Below are positions 14,200 through 26,460 of a stretch of DNA of 64,000 nt, piece by piece. The translations under genes were made by a program, and so were the position numbers. Source of the DNA: Rhizophagus irregularis (lineage: Eukaryota). A model generated the notes under the pieces. The model did no database searches, was not told the DNA's origin, and was given only the letters and a program-made list of their open reading frames with translations. Every line of letters starts with the position of its first letter. Position 1 is the first letter of the stretch. Location of the stretch: assembly GCF_026210795.1 (NCBI RefSeq), contig NC_089436.1, forward strand, positions 2,542,001 to 2,606,000. Direction: 5' to 3'.

Positions 14200-16554
14200 T
14201 AATGTTCCGAAAAAAATCTGATCCGATTCGTATCCGCGGATCTGATCCGAGACAGATCGGATCGAATCATAGATTTTATGATCCGTGATCTGATCCGGAT
14301 CAAAAAAATTTGATCCGATTCGGATCGAATCAAATCAGATCAACAATTCATTCAAATAGGATCAGATCGGATTTGATTCGAGCGGATTCGGATCGGATCT
14401 GGATCGGATCAGATCAAAGCGCCCTGTTACGTTGCGAAATGTTAAGTTAAAAAACGTTTCGCAACGTTTTTATTAAAATGATTAAAAACCGTTGCGAAAC
14501 GGTTTTTTTATTCGTTAAATTGAAATAAAAAAATGTTTCGCAACGTTTTTTTATTAAAATGATTAAAAACCGTTGCGAAACGGTTTTTATTCGTTAAAAT
14601 GAAATAAAAAACGTTTCGTAACGTTTTTTTATTAAATAATTAAAAACCGTTGCGAAACGGTTTTTTTTTCATAAAATAATACGAAAAGATGCCGTTTTGG
14701 CATCTTTTTTGATAAAAAAAATGAAAAAGATGCCGAAACGGCATCTTTTTTATAAAATAATACAAAAGATGCCGTTTTGGCATCTTTTTCTCATAAAATA
14801 ATACGAAAAGATGCCGAAACGGCATCTTTTTTTCATAAAATAATATTAAAAGATGCCGGTTTGGCATCTTTTTTGATAAAAAAAAATGAAAAAGATGCCG
14901 AAGCATCTTTTTTGATAAAATAATATTAAAAGATGCGTTTCGGCATCTTTTTTGATAAAAAATGAGTAAGATGCCGAACAGCATCTTTTTTCATAAATAA
15001 TATTAAAAGATGCCGTTTTGGCATCTTTTTTGATAAAATAATATTAAAAGATGCGTTTCGGCATCTTTTTCATAAAATAATACGAAAAGATGCCGTTTCA
15101 GCATCTTTTATGATAAAAAATGAAAAAGATGCCGAAGCATCTTTTTTGATAAAATAATATTAAAAGATGCATTTCGGCATCTTTTTTTCATAAAATAATA
15201 CGAAAAGATGCCGTTTCGGCATCTTTTTTGATAAAAAAATGAAAAAGACGCCGAAACGGCATCTTTTTTCATAAAATAATACGAAAGATGCCGTTTCGGC
15301 ATCTTTTTTGATAAAAAAATGAAAAAGATGCCGAAACGGCATCTTTTTTATAAAATAATACTAAAGATGTTGTTTCGGCATCTTTTTTATAAAATAATAC
15401 GAAAGATGCCGTTTCGGCATCTTTTCTCATAAAATAATACGAAAAGATGCCAAAACGGCATCTTTTTTGATAAAAAAATGAAAAAGATGCCGAACAGCAT
15501 CTTTTTTTCATAAAATAATATTAAAAGATGCCGTTTCGGCATCTTTTTTGATAAAATAATATTAAAAGATGCGTTTCGGCATCTTTTTTTCATAAAATAA
15601 TACGAAAAGATGCCGTTTTGTCATCTTTTTTGATAAAAAAAATGAAAAAGATGCCGAAACGGCATCTTTTTTATAAAATAATACGAAAGATGCCAAAACG
15701 GCATCTTTTTTATAAAATAATACGAAAGATGCCGAAACGGCATCTTTTTTATAAAATAATACGAAAGATGCCATTTCGGCATCTTTTTTGATAAAATAAT
15801 ACGAAAAGATGCCATTTCGGCATCTTTTTTGATAAAATAATACGAAAAGATGCCGTTTCGGCATCTTTTTTGCATAAAATATTACGAAAAGATGCAGTTT
15901 TGGTATCTTTTTTGATAAAATAATACGAAAGATACCAAAACGGCACCTTATTTGATAAAAAATGAAAAAGATGCCGAAACGGCATCTTTTTTCATAAAAT
16001 AACGCCGTTTAACATTTCTATTTATGCATTTAACAAAAAAAACGTCTTTCGCAACGTTTTTTAATTGTATTAATGAGAAATGTTGCGAAACGTTTTTTAT
16101 TTGATAATTTAACGAAATAAAAGCATTTTTTGCAGCGGGTTTTAACTATATAAATAAAAAACGTTGCAAAAACGTTTTTATTTAATAATTTTACCGATAA
16201 AAAATCGTTTTCGCAATTGTTTAATAAAAACGTTGCGAAACATTTTTTTGTTTGATAATTTGCCATAAAAAGTCATTTCGCAACGTCTTTTAACAATATT
16301 AATAAAAACGTTGCGAAAAACGTTTTTAATTATGAAAACCGATTCGGATCCGGATCGGATCCGGATCAGATCAGATCAAATCAGTTGGGATTCAGATCGG
16401 ATCGGATCGAATCTAATTCAGATTCGGATCGGATCAGATCGAATCTAATTTGGATCCGAATTGGATCGGATCGAATCTGATTTAATTTGATTCGAATTTG
16501 GATCAGATCAGATTTAACTCAAATCCAGTCTGATCCGATCCGTTCGGAATACTA
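14200..16554. mobile_element. Non-autonomous hAT-type element with GATCC/GATCAG subterminal repeats and a nested repeat core
   Basis: Exact 8-bp TSD GTTGCCAG (14192-14199, 16555-16562); imperfect TIR TAATGTTCCGAA / TTCGGAATACTA; GGATC-rich arms 14215-14420 and 16340-16545. Confidence 0.85.
14425..16335. repeat. Satellite of ~38-40-bp palindromic units flanked by AACGTTGCGAAACG repeats
   Basis: About 30 units of AAAGATGCCG(AAA/TTT)CGGCATCTTT separated by near-invariant ATAAAATAATACGA / ATAAAAAAATGA linkers (14686-15990). Outer arms carry GTTGCGAAAC / GTTTCGCAAC motifs. Confidence 0.9.
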
Positions 16555-17044
16555 GTTGCCAGTATCTGGTGTAGATATTGAACGTAGTTTTTCTAGTTAT
16601 AAAAGCATTTTATCAGATAGAAGAGTAGCGCTTAAAGAAGAAAATATTCAAATGCTTAATTTTCTTTATTTTAATCTTAGTAATAATGATGATTATAATA
16701 ATGAATTGATGATTTATGAATAATATAAATGTATAAATTTATTACTTAATTGTAAATAAATAAATAAAATTTGTATAGAATATAAATTATTAAAAAGTTT
16801 TTCATAATCGGAATTATGTTAATTCTGGCCAGAATTATGGTAATTCTGGCTGAAATTATGGATCACGATTTTCACGATTTTTGTGATTTTTCACGCCTGA
16901 TTTTTGGGCCATCACGACGTCAAATCCTGGACACCCTAACGGGTATCCGGATAACTATCACGTGATCTGGCTACACTCGTTTTTTTTTGTTTGTGACTTA
17001 CAGCTATTTGCGAAAATAACGGACCAGCCGGACCACCTAATTCA

Positions 17045-17215
17045 TTTTTTGACTGCGTATGAAATTTTCATACAGTCATACGCATGGTAATATCTGCCCG
17101 GACCGTCAAACTCATTTTGAATTTTTCATTTGCAGTCATGCAGTTATATCACATAATTCTAGCAGTATACTATGCGGTATGGCTGCGTATGAAAATTTCA
17201 TACGCAGTCGAAAAT
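17045..17215. mobile_element. Small MITE-like inverted repeat
   Basis: GACTGCGTATGAAATTTTCATAC... / ...GTATGAAAATTTCATACGCAGTC. Confidence 0.5.
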
Positions 17216-17970
17216 CGTCCGTTATTTTTTTATATTCTTACTTATACTCAAACTCGTCCGTGACTGATTTCTTTTTTATTTTATTTAACTCTTACTAAAC
17301 AATAATACTAATTAAATTACTTGGCTTTAAAATTTATACGATTGATACATGATATTGACGGATTATTTCAGATATCCTCTAAGAAACCATTAAAAAATCC
17401 TTTAGCAATCCGCGAAATTAACGGATGCTATCCGGTTTATTTAAAACAGATATCCGGATATGAAAATCCTTAACGGTGACCGGATACAATCACTACTTAG
17501 CAGGACTGGGTCCCAAATCAGTCTCTATATAAATAATAAAATAATCTGTCTAATAAAAATAATCCGTCTAATTTAATCACATAAATATTTATTGTAAATG
17601 TTTATTTTTATTGTTTTCCAACGTATAAAATAAAATAAGAAAAATAATTAAATTTATTATTGTTCTTTATTGAATTAAATATAAAAAGCAATAGTCTGAA
17701 TTCAGTCCGAACTCAGTCCGTCCATGTATCGGGATCAATAAGCCCTGGGACTTTAACCGGACCTTTCACACCCTAAGTCGTTATTATTTGTCGAATAATT
17801 CATATTAAATTTATTACGGCTGATGGTTATTGACTTATATACTGACTTTAAAAGTTTGTGTTTGGACTTTATAAAAGAGAATTATATTTGATAGAAAATA
17901 ATTATACGAAAAAAAATAAAATATTGAAATAATTCCTAACGCTAATTACGCTAACTATTAACATCTAATA

Positions 17971-20079
17971 TTATGAATATTCAATATCATAAACATCAAT
18001 GTTTAATTGATTCAATAAATTAGTTGCTTTCTCATTATCTTGTAAAGCAGCCTTCATTAACCATCTAATTCCCTCATATTCGTCCTTTGGAATATTACAT
18101 TTTCCTTTATAATATATATCTCCTAAATTAAATTGTGCGGTAGGATTATTTCCTTCACCAGCTGCTTTTTTGAGATATTCCAAAAATATTTGTCGATTAT
18201 TTTCTTCTTCAAGTTTATTTAATAAAGTAAAAGCGTAACGTAGTTGAGCGTCAGAATTTCCTTCATCTGCAGCTTCTTTAAATAATTCTTTGCCTTCTTC
18301 TCGTTCTTTAATACCATCAAGATATCCTTCCCACAAATAACGACCTTTCCAATATTTTGCTGTTGTATTATTATTTTTCGCATGAAAGTCGAAACACTCC
18401 CATGCTTTTTGATGTTTTTCAGCTTTAAAAGCTTTTATACCTTCTTCTAATGAAATTACTGGTTTAAAAATAACAGGACTAATAACTTCATCCGGTAATT
18501 CTAAATCAGCATCAGCATTACTAATATACTTTGACGAATCTAGGGATTTATCGCGAAGTATATCTGTTGGATTCATACGAATAGAATTATGTAGTTCTTC
18601 TAACATATCTAATAATTTCATAAAAGAGATACGTTCTTGTGGATTTTGCTTCCAGGCTATGAATATAAAAAATTAAAGAATAAACATTAAAATCCTCCTC
18701 AAAATATTAATAATAATAACTTATTTATTATTATAAAAAAAAAAAGAATACTTACTATCATTTATAATTTTTTTGATTTTTTGATTTTCAGGAGTTGAAA
18801 TTTCGAATGTAATTCTTTCTCTATGGCCTTTAATAACATGTTTCTTAATTTTATCTATTTCCCAACCTTGATATGGAATTTTTTCAAAAGTAAGTTCCCA
18901 AAGTAACATGCCAAAACTAAAAATTTCACATTGAATTGTATATCGAGAATTGGTTAATTTCTCAGGAGCTGAACAATGAACTATATTGTCTGCCTTAGTT
19001 GGATCCATTAAATATGAAGTAGTGATTCCATCAGAATCGTAACGAGCCAACTCAAAATTATAAATTTTAGGTTCTAAAGTTTCTGTCATTAAAATATTAT
19101 TACATCCCAAGTCATGATGCAAAATACCAGCACATTGTAAAAATATGAGGCCACGACAGATTTCAAGAGCAATTCGGATCTTATAATGAAATGGTATATC
19201 TTTTTGTTCATAAAGCTGCCTCAAAGATCCACGTTCAGCCCATTCAAAAACCATAACATTACGATTTTCAATTGTTGACATACCATAAAATTTAAGAATA
19301 TGTTTACATTCAGACGATTTCATTAAAATTTCATGAATTTTTTGTGTTCTTGAACACGTTTTCATTTTTTCTTCGTCATTTGAAATGTATTTACAAGCTA
19401 CCTCTAATCCTTTATAAGTTTTCTTAATTATAAAATTAGGATCACATCCACGTTTGTCAGTAGATTTTACAGATATTAAGTCTTTTGAGTCAATCTTATT
19501 TACGTTATATGAAACATCTGAATGGTTTCTCATATGTTTCACCGCATCATAAATAAAGTCAATTTTGTTGTTAACTTCGTTGTTATTTTCAAGAATATCG
19601 TTATGCATTTTTTTAATATAATTGCTCATTTCGTCCAGATCATCCTTTAGCGCTTCTTCTTCAATTTTTCTTTGTTCTTCACTAGCAACTGCCATAGTAA
19701 AATGTAAATCCTTCATTGCAACATCATAATCATTTGTAAGTTTTTGAAATTTATTTTTAACAAAATCTGCTTGCGTATACTTTTTTAAACCACGAATATT
19801 TGAAATTTCCGCAGCAAATTTTTCAATTTCTTCTAAAACATATATGAATCTGTTAAACGCTTTATAATAAACCTCATCATTAAATATATCTACATTTTTT
19901 TGTTTCCTACGTTGTAATGTATCGATAGCGTTCTCAGTTAATTTCACTCGGTTTACTAGAGCTTCGCAAATATTTTTGTTATATTCTGCCGTTTCATAAA
20001 TTTTTACAATTTTAATAATTAAATCTGTAGCCTTGTCAATTAAGGGTATATACGGGGCAAAAATTCCAACGGATTCCAT
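17971..20079 (-). CDS. A1: MLKL-like N-terminal helical (4HB/HeLo-like) domain + coiled-coil brace + pseudokinase + Sel1-like repeats (~669 aa)
   Basis: complement(18756-20079, 17971-18656), intron GTAAGT...ATAG. N-terminus PYIPLI..A..LI.KI..IYETAEYNKNICEALVNRV. Kinase fold has VACK, no GxGxxG, HHDLGCNN, YNFE for DFG, and APE. C-terminus has Sel1 motifs (AKYWKGRYL, AQLRYA, AQFNLGDIYYKG). Confidence 0.85.
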
Positions 20080-20849
20080 TACGAAATAATAACGATAAAT
20101 TGTTTTTTAAAGAAAGAAAAAGATAATTGATAAATTTTTAATTTTTATCTTCAAGCAGATATTTTATATATATATATATTTTTTTTTTGCACGATATTAT
20201 TATATGAGAGAAATAAAAAATCGATTACTTTCTTTTTTAAGACATTTATCAAAGGTTATTATAACATGCATTGGAATATTTTTTCCGGTTATAATTATAA
20301 TTTTTTTTGCCCAATTTCCTTTTCTATATATTTTCTTAACGGTTACCTATTTTATATTTTCTTTAACAATTTCCTTTTCTATTTCTTTGAAGAATTCCTT
20401 TTTTTGGAATTTGATTATTACACAAAAAATTCCGTAAAAAAATTTGATTGTGTTTGGATAAAATTGAATGTTCTCAAAAAATTGATACGCGGTTTCACAG
20501 TTACAAATTACTTAATTACTTTCATGTATTGGAAAACGTACTCCGGTCATAATCAACCTTCTTGCATATTACTAAGAAGTACTAAACGCCGTTGTACATT
20601 GTTGTTACTTTGTTAGAGCTTTCAATTTTGTCCACAGAGTCCACAGATCAAAAAATATGAAACGTGGAAATTCCTTTTATAGTTTAAGTTTAAAATCACA
20701 AATCAAAATAGTAAATTTTATGAGCCCTAATTTAGAATAATGGATCGGTACATATTATACCAAAAATATCAGTTAAAAAAAAAAAAAAAAATCTGCACGG
20801 TTAAGTAGCGTATAAAAAGAGGTACTATATCTAAAGAATTGAAACGAAA

Positions 20850-23368
20850 ATGTCTCTTCTAAAATCTATAAAATCGGCATTTAAGTCGAAGAAGAGTAAG
20901 AAGAGTAGAAAACCGATAAACGGTGCTATCATTAATGAGGAAAGAAGTAATAATTGGATAAATAATTTAATTAAAGAAGAACAAATTGAATTCTATAATT
21001 ATTCGGACTTTAAAGATAAGAGAACAATCGAAGAAAAAGGGAAAACCATCATTATTGCTAATTTAAAAGATGAAATTTTTGTTTTGAAATCATTTTATAA
21101 TGATGATGCAACTCTTCACAAAGCTATCAATGAGGTATAAATGTTTACATATATCCTAAGCTTCAATTAAATAAGAAATTAATTTAGATTACCGTATTTT
21201 ATTTCAGTTAAAATTACATAATAAATTTGTTCATGAAAATATCTTACGATTTTACGGAATTACGGAAAACGGTACGATAAGCAATATTAAATCTTGACGT
21301 AATTAATATAATGAAACCATGGATGTAATTTATTTTCTTTTTTCAGATTTTCCTCAAACGTCTCTAAAAAATAAGTACATTTTAGTTTTGGAATATGCTG
21401 ATAGTGGTACATTAAGTACTTATTTAGATAAGCATTTTAATGAACTTAATTGGAATGATAAATATAAGTTTGCATTTCAAGTAGCAAGTGCTGTATCATA
21501 TTTACATGATAATGATATTATTCATTATGACATGGTAATCTTTATACATTCTATTTTTAAGTATTGGGAGAATTAGTAATTTATTCTTTGTTTTATTTAA
21601 AATAATAGCATGAAAACAATATACTTGTGCATCAAAAGAATGTTAAATTAGCGGATTTTGTATTTTCAAAAGAAGCAGAATCACTTAATACGGTACAAAT
21701 ATTTAGTATGATACCTTACGTAGATCCAAAAAGTTTCAATACTAAAAATTATGAATTGGATAAACGGTCTGACGTATACAGCATTGGTACGATTTTATGG
21801 CGAATTTCAAGCAGAGTTAAACCATTCCATCTTGAAAGTTACAATGTAGTATTAGCAACTGCTATATTAAATGGTCGGAGAGAACGTATTGTTAATGGAA
21901 CTCCACCGGAATATAGTGAATTATATATAGGTAAAAAAACTTATTCATTATATAATAATCGAATAATATAATATTAATTAATCTATTAATATAGAATGTT
22001 GGAAACATGAACCTGATGAACGACCAGATATGCGAAAAATTATTTCGACCCTTGAAACTTTTTTAAATGAGTTTGTGTTACCTGAAATCATTAATGATAA
22101 AGATAATGAAGGAATAAAAGATGATGCAGTTGAACTTTTAAATCAGTTCATTTCGCTTAAAATTTCTGATAATGAAGTTCTTAAAAATAGCTTGAAAAAT
22201 AAAGAAGCTATATTCATTCCATTTAATAATTTAGAGGATCCAAGCCCACTTGGTAAAGGAGGTTATGGATCTATTACGAGAGCAGTTTGGACCAAAACTA
22301 AAAACTTTGTTGTTTACAAAAGATTTATTAACCATGATAAATATAATGCATTTGATGTATTTATCCATGAATTAAAAATTAATTTATGTCTGCCTTATTA
22401 TACTAGTGATAGAATTATACGTTGCTTGGGTATTAGCCAAGGTAATTAAAATACTTTTTTATTAAAATTTTATTTTATTTTGTTTTTAATAGCATCTCTT
22501 TTTTAGACAATACGACAAAAGAATATTTACTTGTTATGCCATATGCTAATGGTGGTAACCTTCAAAATTATCTTAACAATAATTTTAAGAGCTTAAGTTG
22601 GGATGACAAGAAAAAGTTGGCATTTCAAATTGCAGAAGGGCTAAATTATTTGCATAACGAAAATATATTACATAAGGATCTGGTAAGTGTACTTTTTTTA
22701 AATTTATATGTGTTTAAAACGACCTAATAATTCTTTTTTATTTATTTTAGCATTCTAAAAATATAGTTATTCATGAAAATAATGCTAAAATTATAGACTT
22801 TGGTATTTCGAAAATTCAAGATCAAATATCTGCAGAACATGCGCATAGTAATCGTGGTATTATTGCATATATGGAACCTAAACGTCTTTCAGATCCAAAA
22901 TTCCCATATACTAAATCTTCAGATGTTTATAGCTTTGGTGTATTGATGTGGGAAATTTCCAGTGGTTACCCTCCATTTAAAGATTGTATTACAGACAAGG
23001 AAAAAATTGCACTTATTTGTGCTGGAATACGTGAAACTCCATTTCTTGAGACTCCTAAAGAATATGAAGAACTCTATATAAAATGTTGGGATCAAGAACC
23101 TGAACAAAGACCAAATACTGGTGAAATATTAGATGAATTTAAAAAAACAAGACTTGAAGAAAATAAATTTATTGAAGGTATATTATTGATTGTTTTTATG
23201 TATTATGTTTAAATTTGATATTATATTAATTAAAATGAAATCTATAGAAAAAAGCGATAGTTGTAATTCAGATTTAATAGGTAATTTGTTTTTATTATTA
23301 TTTTAAAGTGTAAAACATAACTAAATTTATTATATCATTTGTATTTAGTTACAACCAAAACTGCGTAG
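20850..23368 (+). CDS. B1: tandem kinase (degenerate kinase + intact TKL-type non-RD kinase), 9 exons, ~653 aa
   Basis: Exons 20850-21134, 21208-21271, 21347-21534, 21609-21930, 21995-22441, 22507-22682, 22751-23177, 23248-23280, 23349-23368, all GT-AG and in frame. Domain 1: no Gly-loop, HYDMHENN, DFV. Domain 2: GKGGYG, VVYK, HKDLHSKN, DFG, YMEP, DVYSFG. Confidence 0.85.
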
Positions 23369-25068
23369 TCTCCCAAATTTTTTTTATCCATAATGAATGG
23401 ACTGAGGATAAATCATTCTAGTTAATTAGGAATGATATATAATTAAATAGCTTTAGTAATTAGCTGTTAGCAATTTGGAATTTCAATAATAACTGAAAGC
23501 TGTAACTTTTTATTCCTCGTTTCTTAAACGTATTTGTGATGGTACAATTTCTTCTCCAATGAAGATAATTTTGTTTAAAACAATCGAATTAAATAAATAT
23601 TACTAAAATATTTTGTACAAAGTTCATATCATATAGAGATCAACAACTTATGAGATGTGAAAAAAATTCTTTTTTTAAAACTTTCGCGGGTATTCACTAC
23701 TAACCAAAAAATGTCACGAAAGTGGCGCATTAAGGAATTAAGTGCGGCTTCATGTGACAATTGGTACATATCGTGTGACAAATAGGATTTCGTCATGAGG
23801 GTGTCAAAAAAAGTTTAGTAACATTTTACATTTTAACAACCCTCGTATTTATTTGTCTGAGTTACATAGAGGTAATTTTTCCATATAAAAAAATTTTTGT
23901 CCCCAGAATAATTATCAAGTTAGGATGTGACAATACGTGACAAATTCCTTATCCCTAATTCCAAAAAGCCAGAAAATAAATCCGACACCATTTTTTTCCA
24001 GGTGACGCCACGCAGGAGAAATCTATTTTTTCCTATTTTGCGTATTTCACATTTATCAATCCGGTTTTTTTTCGATTTACCATTTAGTCTGAATCTTTTA
24101 GGGATATTACACTTCATTGTCAAGTAAATGATACTAGTTATGGAAAACTTCGCCACGAGGATTTACATGAAGGATTTTCCATCCTACCATCCTGGAATGC
24201 TGATTGCTGTACATTTGATGATAAAACGAAATTTCAACAGGTAAGGAAAAGCTAGATTGAATTAAGGATATTGAAGAACTTATCCAAAAACGTGTAAAGT
24301 GCATTTGTCAATGTCGTTATTTGATTACTGGAAGCAACAATCACCCATGCTCCCACGACTTTAAACCATAGGCGTCTTTGAAAATATATACAATTTCCTG
24401 AATCCCTATTTACCGAACCCAATATTCTAAAATCTAATTTTTCTGAATCCCAATATTCTGAATGGATAATTTTCTGAAACATATAGTAATAAACTGTATT
24501 TTTTAAATATTTTAAATAGTTTATAAGTTATAAAAAAAAGATTAAAGAATTATTAGTAACCAGATGACAACGATTATTAAAGCCAACTATGAAATAACAT
24601 TTATTGGAAATAGGATGGAAACCGAGTCTAGACCAGTTCGAGAAATTGGCATTCAAGTAAGTCAGGTAATTGACTTCGGGAAAACTGATTTTTTTAGAAT
24701 AAAATATATTAGAGCGTGCGTATGGAAGTTTGGGAATACCAATTCTCACGTAACGATAGTTATTTTCACTAAAGTATAATATCCTACTCTAAACAAATTG
24801 CCTTTACTTGTTCTAGGTTTACACTTTGCAGTAGAAATTATTTAATAAATAAATAACACATCCTTTCAAGGTGAAATAGTAATCGACGTTACAATATACT
24901 TGAAAATTGATTTAAGCAAAAAAAATGTATTTATTTACAAAATAAACACAATGTTAAACGTGTTTCAAAAAAAAGTTATTTTTGAATTTTCCTGCAAAAA
25001 CTTTTGAAAATACTAAATTTGACGCTTAAAATTTTTTTAAATAAAATAATTAACTACAAGTGGTATTA

Positions 25069-25304
25069 CAGGACCCCGAGTAATATATAAATAGGTCATA
25101 GGAAATTGGAAAAATTTTACTATTAGCTCTACGCATTTTTTCAGGGCCGGAATTATGATAATGTTGGTCGGTTACTAAAATAAGTAATAAAAATCTGACC
25201 AACATTATTAAAAATTATCTAAAAAAGGAAAGATTTTCATGGTTATTTTGGCCTTTTCTACGCATTTTTTCCTATGACCTATTTCAGTATTGTTCGGGGT
25301 CCTG
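25069..25304. mobile_element. MITE
   Basis: TIR CAGGACCCCGA..AAATAGGTCATAGGAAA / TTTCCTATGACCTATTT..TCGGGGTCCTG, with GTATTA duplicated on both flanks. A related half-copy lies near 61536. Confidence 0.7.
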
Positions 25305-25999
25305 GTATTACTGTAAAATAACAAGATTATAACATCAAATCAGTGGATGTATTGATGATCCACGTGATTTAATACATTCTATTTGGTAGATCTTATTTTT
25401 TTTTGAAATTTTTGGGAGGGGAGAGTTAATATGACAAGGTTAAGATCGTCTGAGATTGTTTTTCTGTTTGTAGATAGGAGAGCCGGTTTTTCTTTTTTAT
25501 TTTGTAATTTTTGTACAAATGATCTTGTATTGTTTAGTTTATTACTCCTAACGAAATTGAACGCAATCTTAGTACAAAAAAGTAAAGAAATTTAGGAAGG
25601 GTGTAAAATTTTCAGTAAGTTCTACTTTAAACTAAACTTTCATAATTTTCATAAAGGTTCAGAACTTCTGATGAGTTATAAGCATTTTATTTAGTAATTT
25701 TTGAAATTTAAACATTATTTTGATACACTTGTGGCGATTGTGACTACCGACTACACTTAACTCGAACTCTTCCTATACTATAGAGAGGAAGTCCTGAAGA
25801 AAAGATACTGCCCAGGGGGAATGAAGCTCATAAAACAAATCGATCTATATTTAAAACTAGCTTTTAATTTAAAATGAAATTATCTAATAATACTTAGCAA
25901 AAAACTGGCATGATACTGTATATACAGTATGTGTTCAAGTATTTACTAGTATAGTTAGTTACTCTAATTTTATTAGCTTGGAGAAAAGAATGTACATTG

Positions 26000-26460
26000 T
26001 AGGGATGCCAACGGTCGGTTTAAAACTGCGGTTTTCAACCAAAACCAAAACCGACCGATAAAACTACTGCAAAACCGAATAAATAATGGCACAAAGTATT
26101 AACTAGTATAATTTTTGAATAATATTCTTTAAATTTACGCAATTTTTTTACAACAATAACGCCGGTGATGCTATTTTTCAGAGAAACGAAAATCACGTGA
26201 TCAACGCGTAAATTCGATAATTTCAAAAATGAGAATACTATACATAAAAACACTAGTATCATAGTTTTAATGGTAATCTCAATAAACAAAATCATTTTTT
26301 TTTTTCTAAAAATTTACAATTAACCGATCGGTTTTTTGATCGGTTTTTTTTATAAATAAAACCGACGGTTAACCGGTCGGTCTTGGACTGAAACCGAACC
26401 GATAACCGAACCGGTAAAAACCGGTTATGATCGGTTATAACCAAACTTTTGGCATCCCTA
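26000..26460. mobile_element. hAT-type MITE
   Basis: TIR TAGGGATGCCAA / TTGGCATCCCTA; exact 8-bp TSD GTACATTG; AACCG subterminal repeats. Confidence 0.9.

Larger units (their letters stand above)
13970..16938 (+). pseudogene. 3' remnant of a hAT transposase (C-terminal dimerisation domain) and its right end, split by a MITE insertion
   Basis: Removing 14200-16562 rejoins ...LDLYWRGKRHILLELSSLALIYIWLPV|SGVDIERSFSSYKSILSDRRVALKEENIQMLNFLYFN, the hATC signature (W...LA...PxS..ERSFS...RR..L). A TAGGGTGT-type terminus lies at 16931-16938 with GATTTTTCACG subterminal repeats. Confidence 0.8.

Noticed and set aside
14686..15990. CRISPR-like array of palindromic repeats
   Set aside because: Linkers are short, near-identical and A-rich rather than unique spacers; no cas genes; eukaryotic context inside a TSD-flanked element.
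14640..16266. Multiple minus-strand ORFs (KKMPKRHL...)
   Set aside because: Translations of the satellite in several frames; no coding signal.
17971..18621. Treating the Sel1 ORFs (also 35042, 43231, 62512) as separate genes
   Set aside because: Each joins the upstream pseudokinase exon through a conserved phase-1 intron that completes kinase subdomain XI (WKQ.P.ER).
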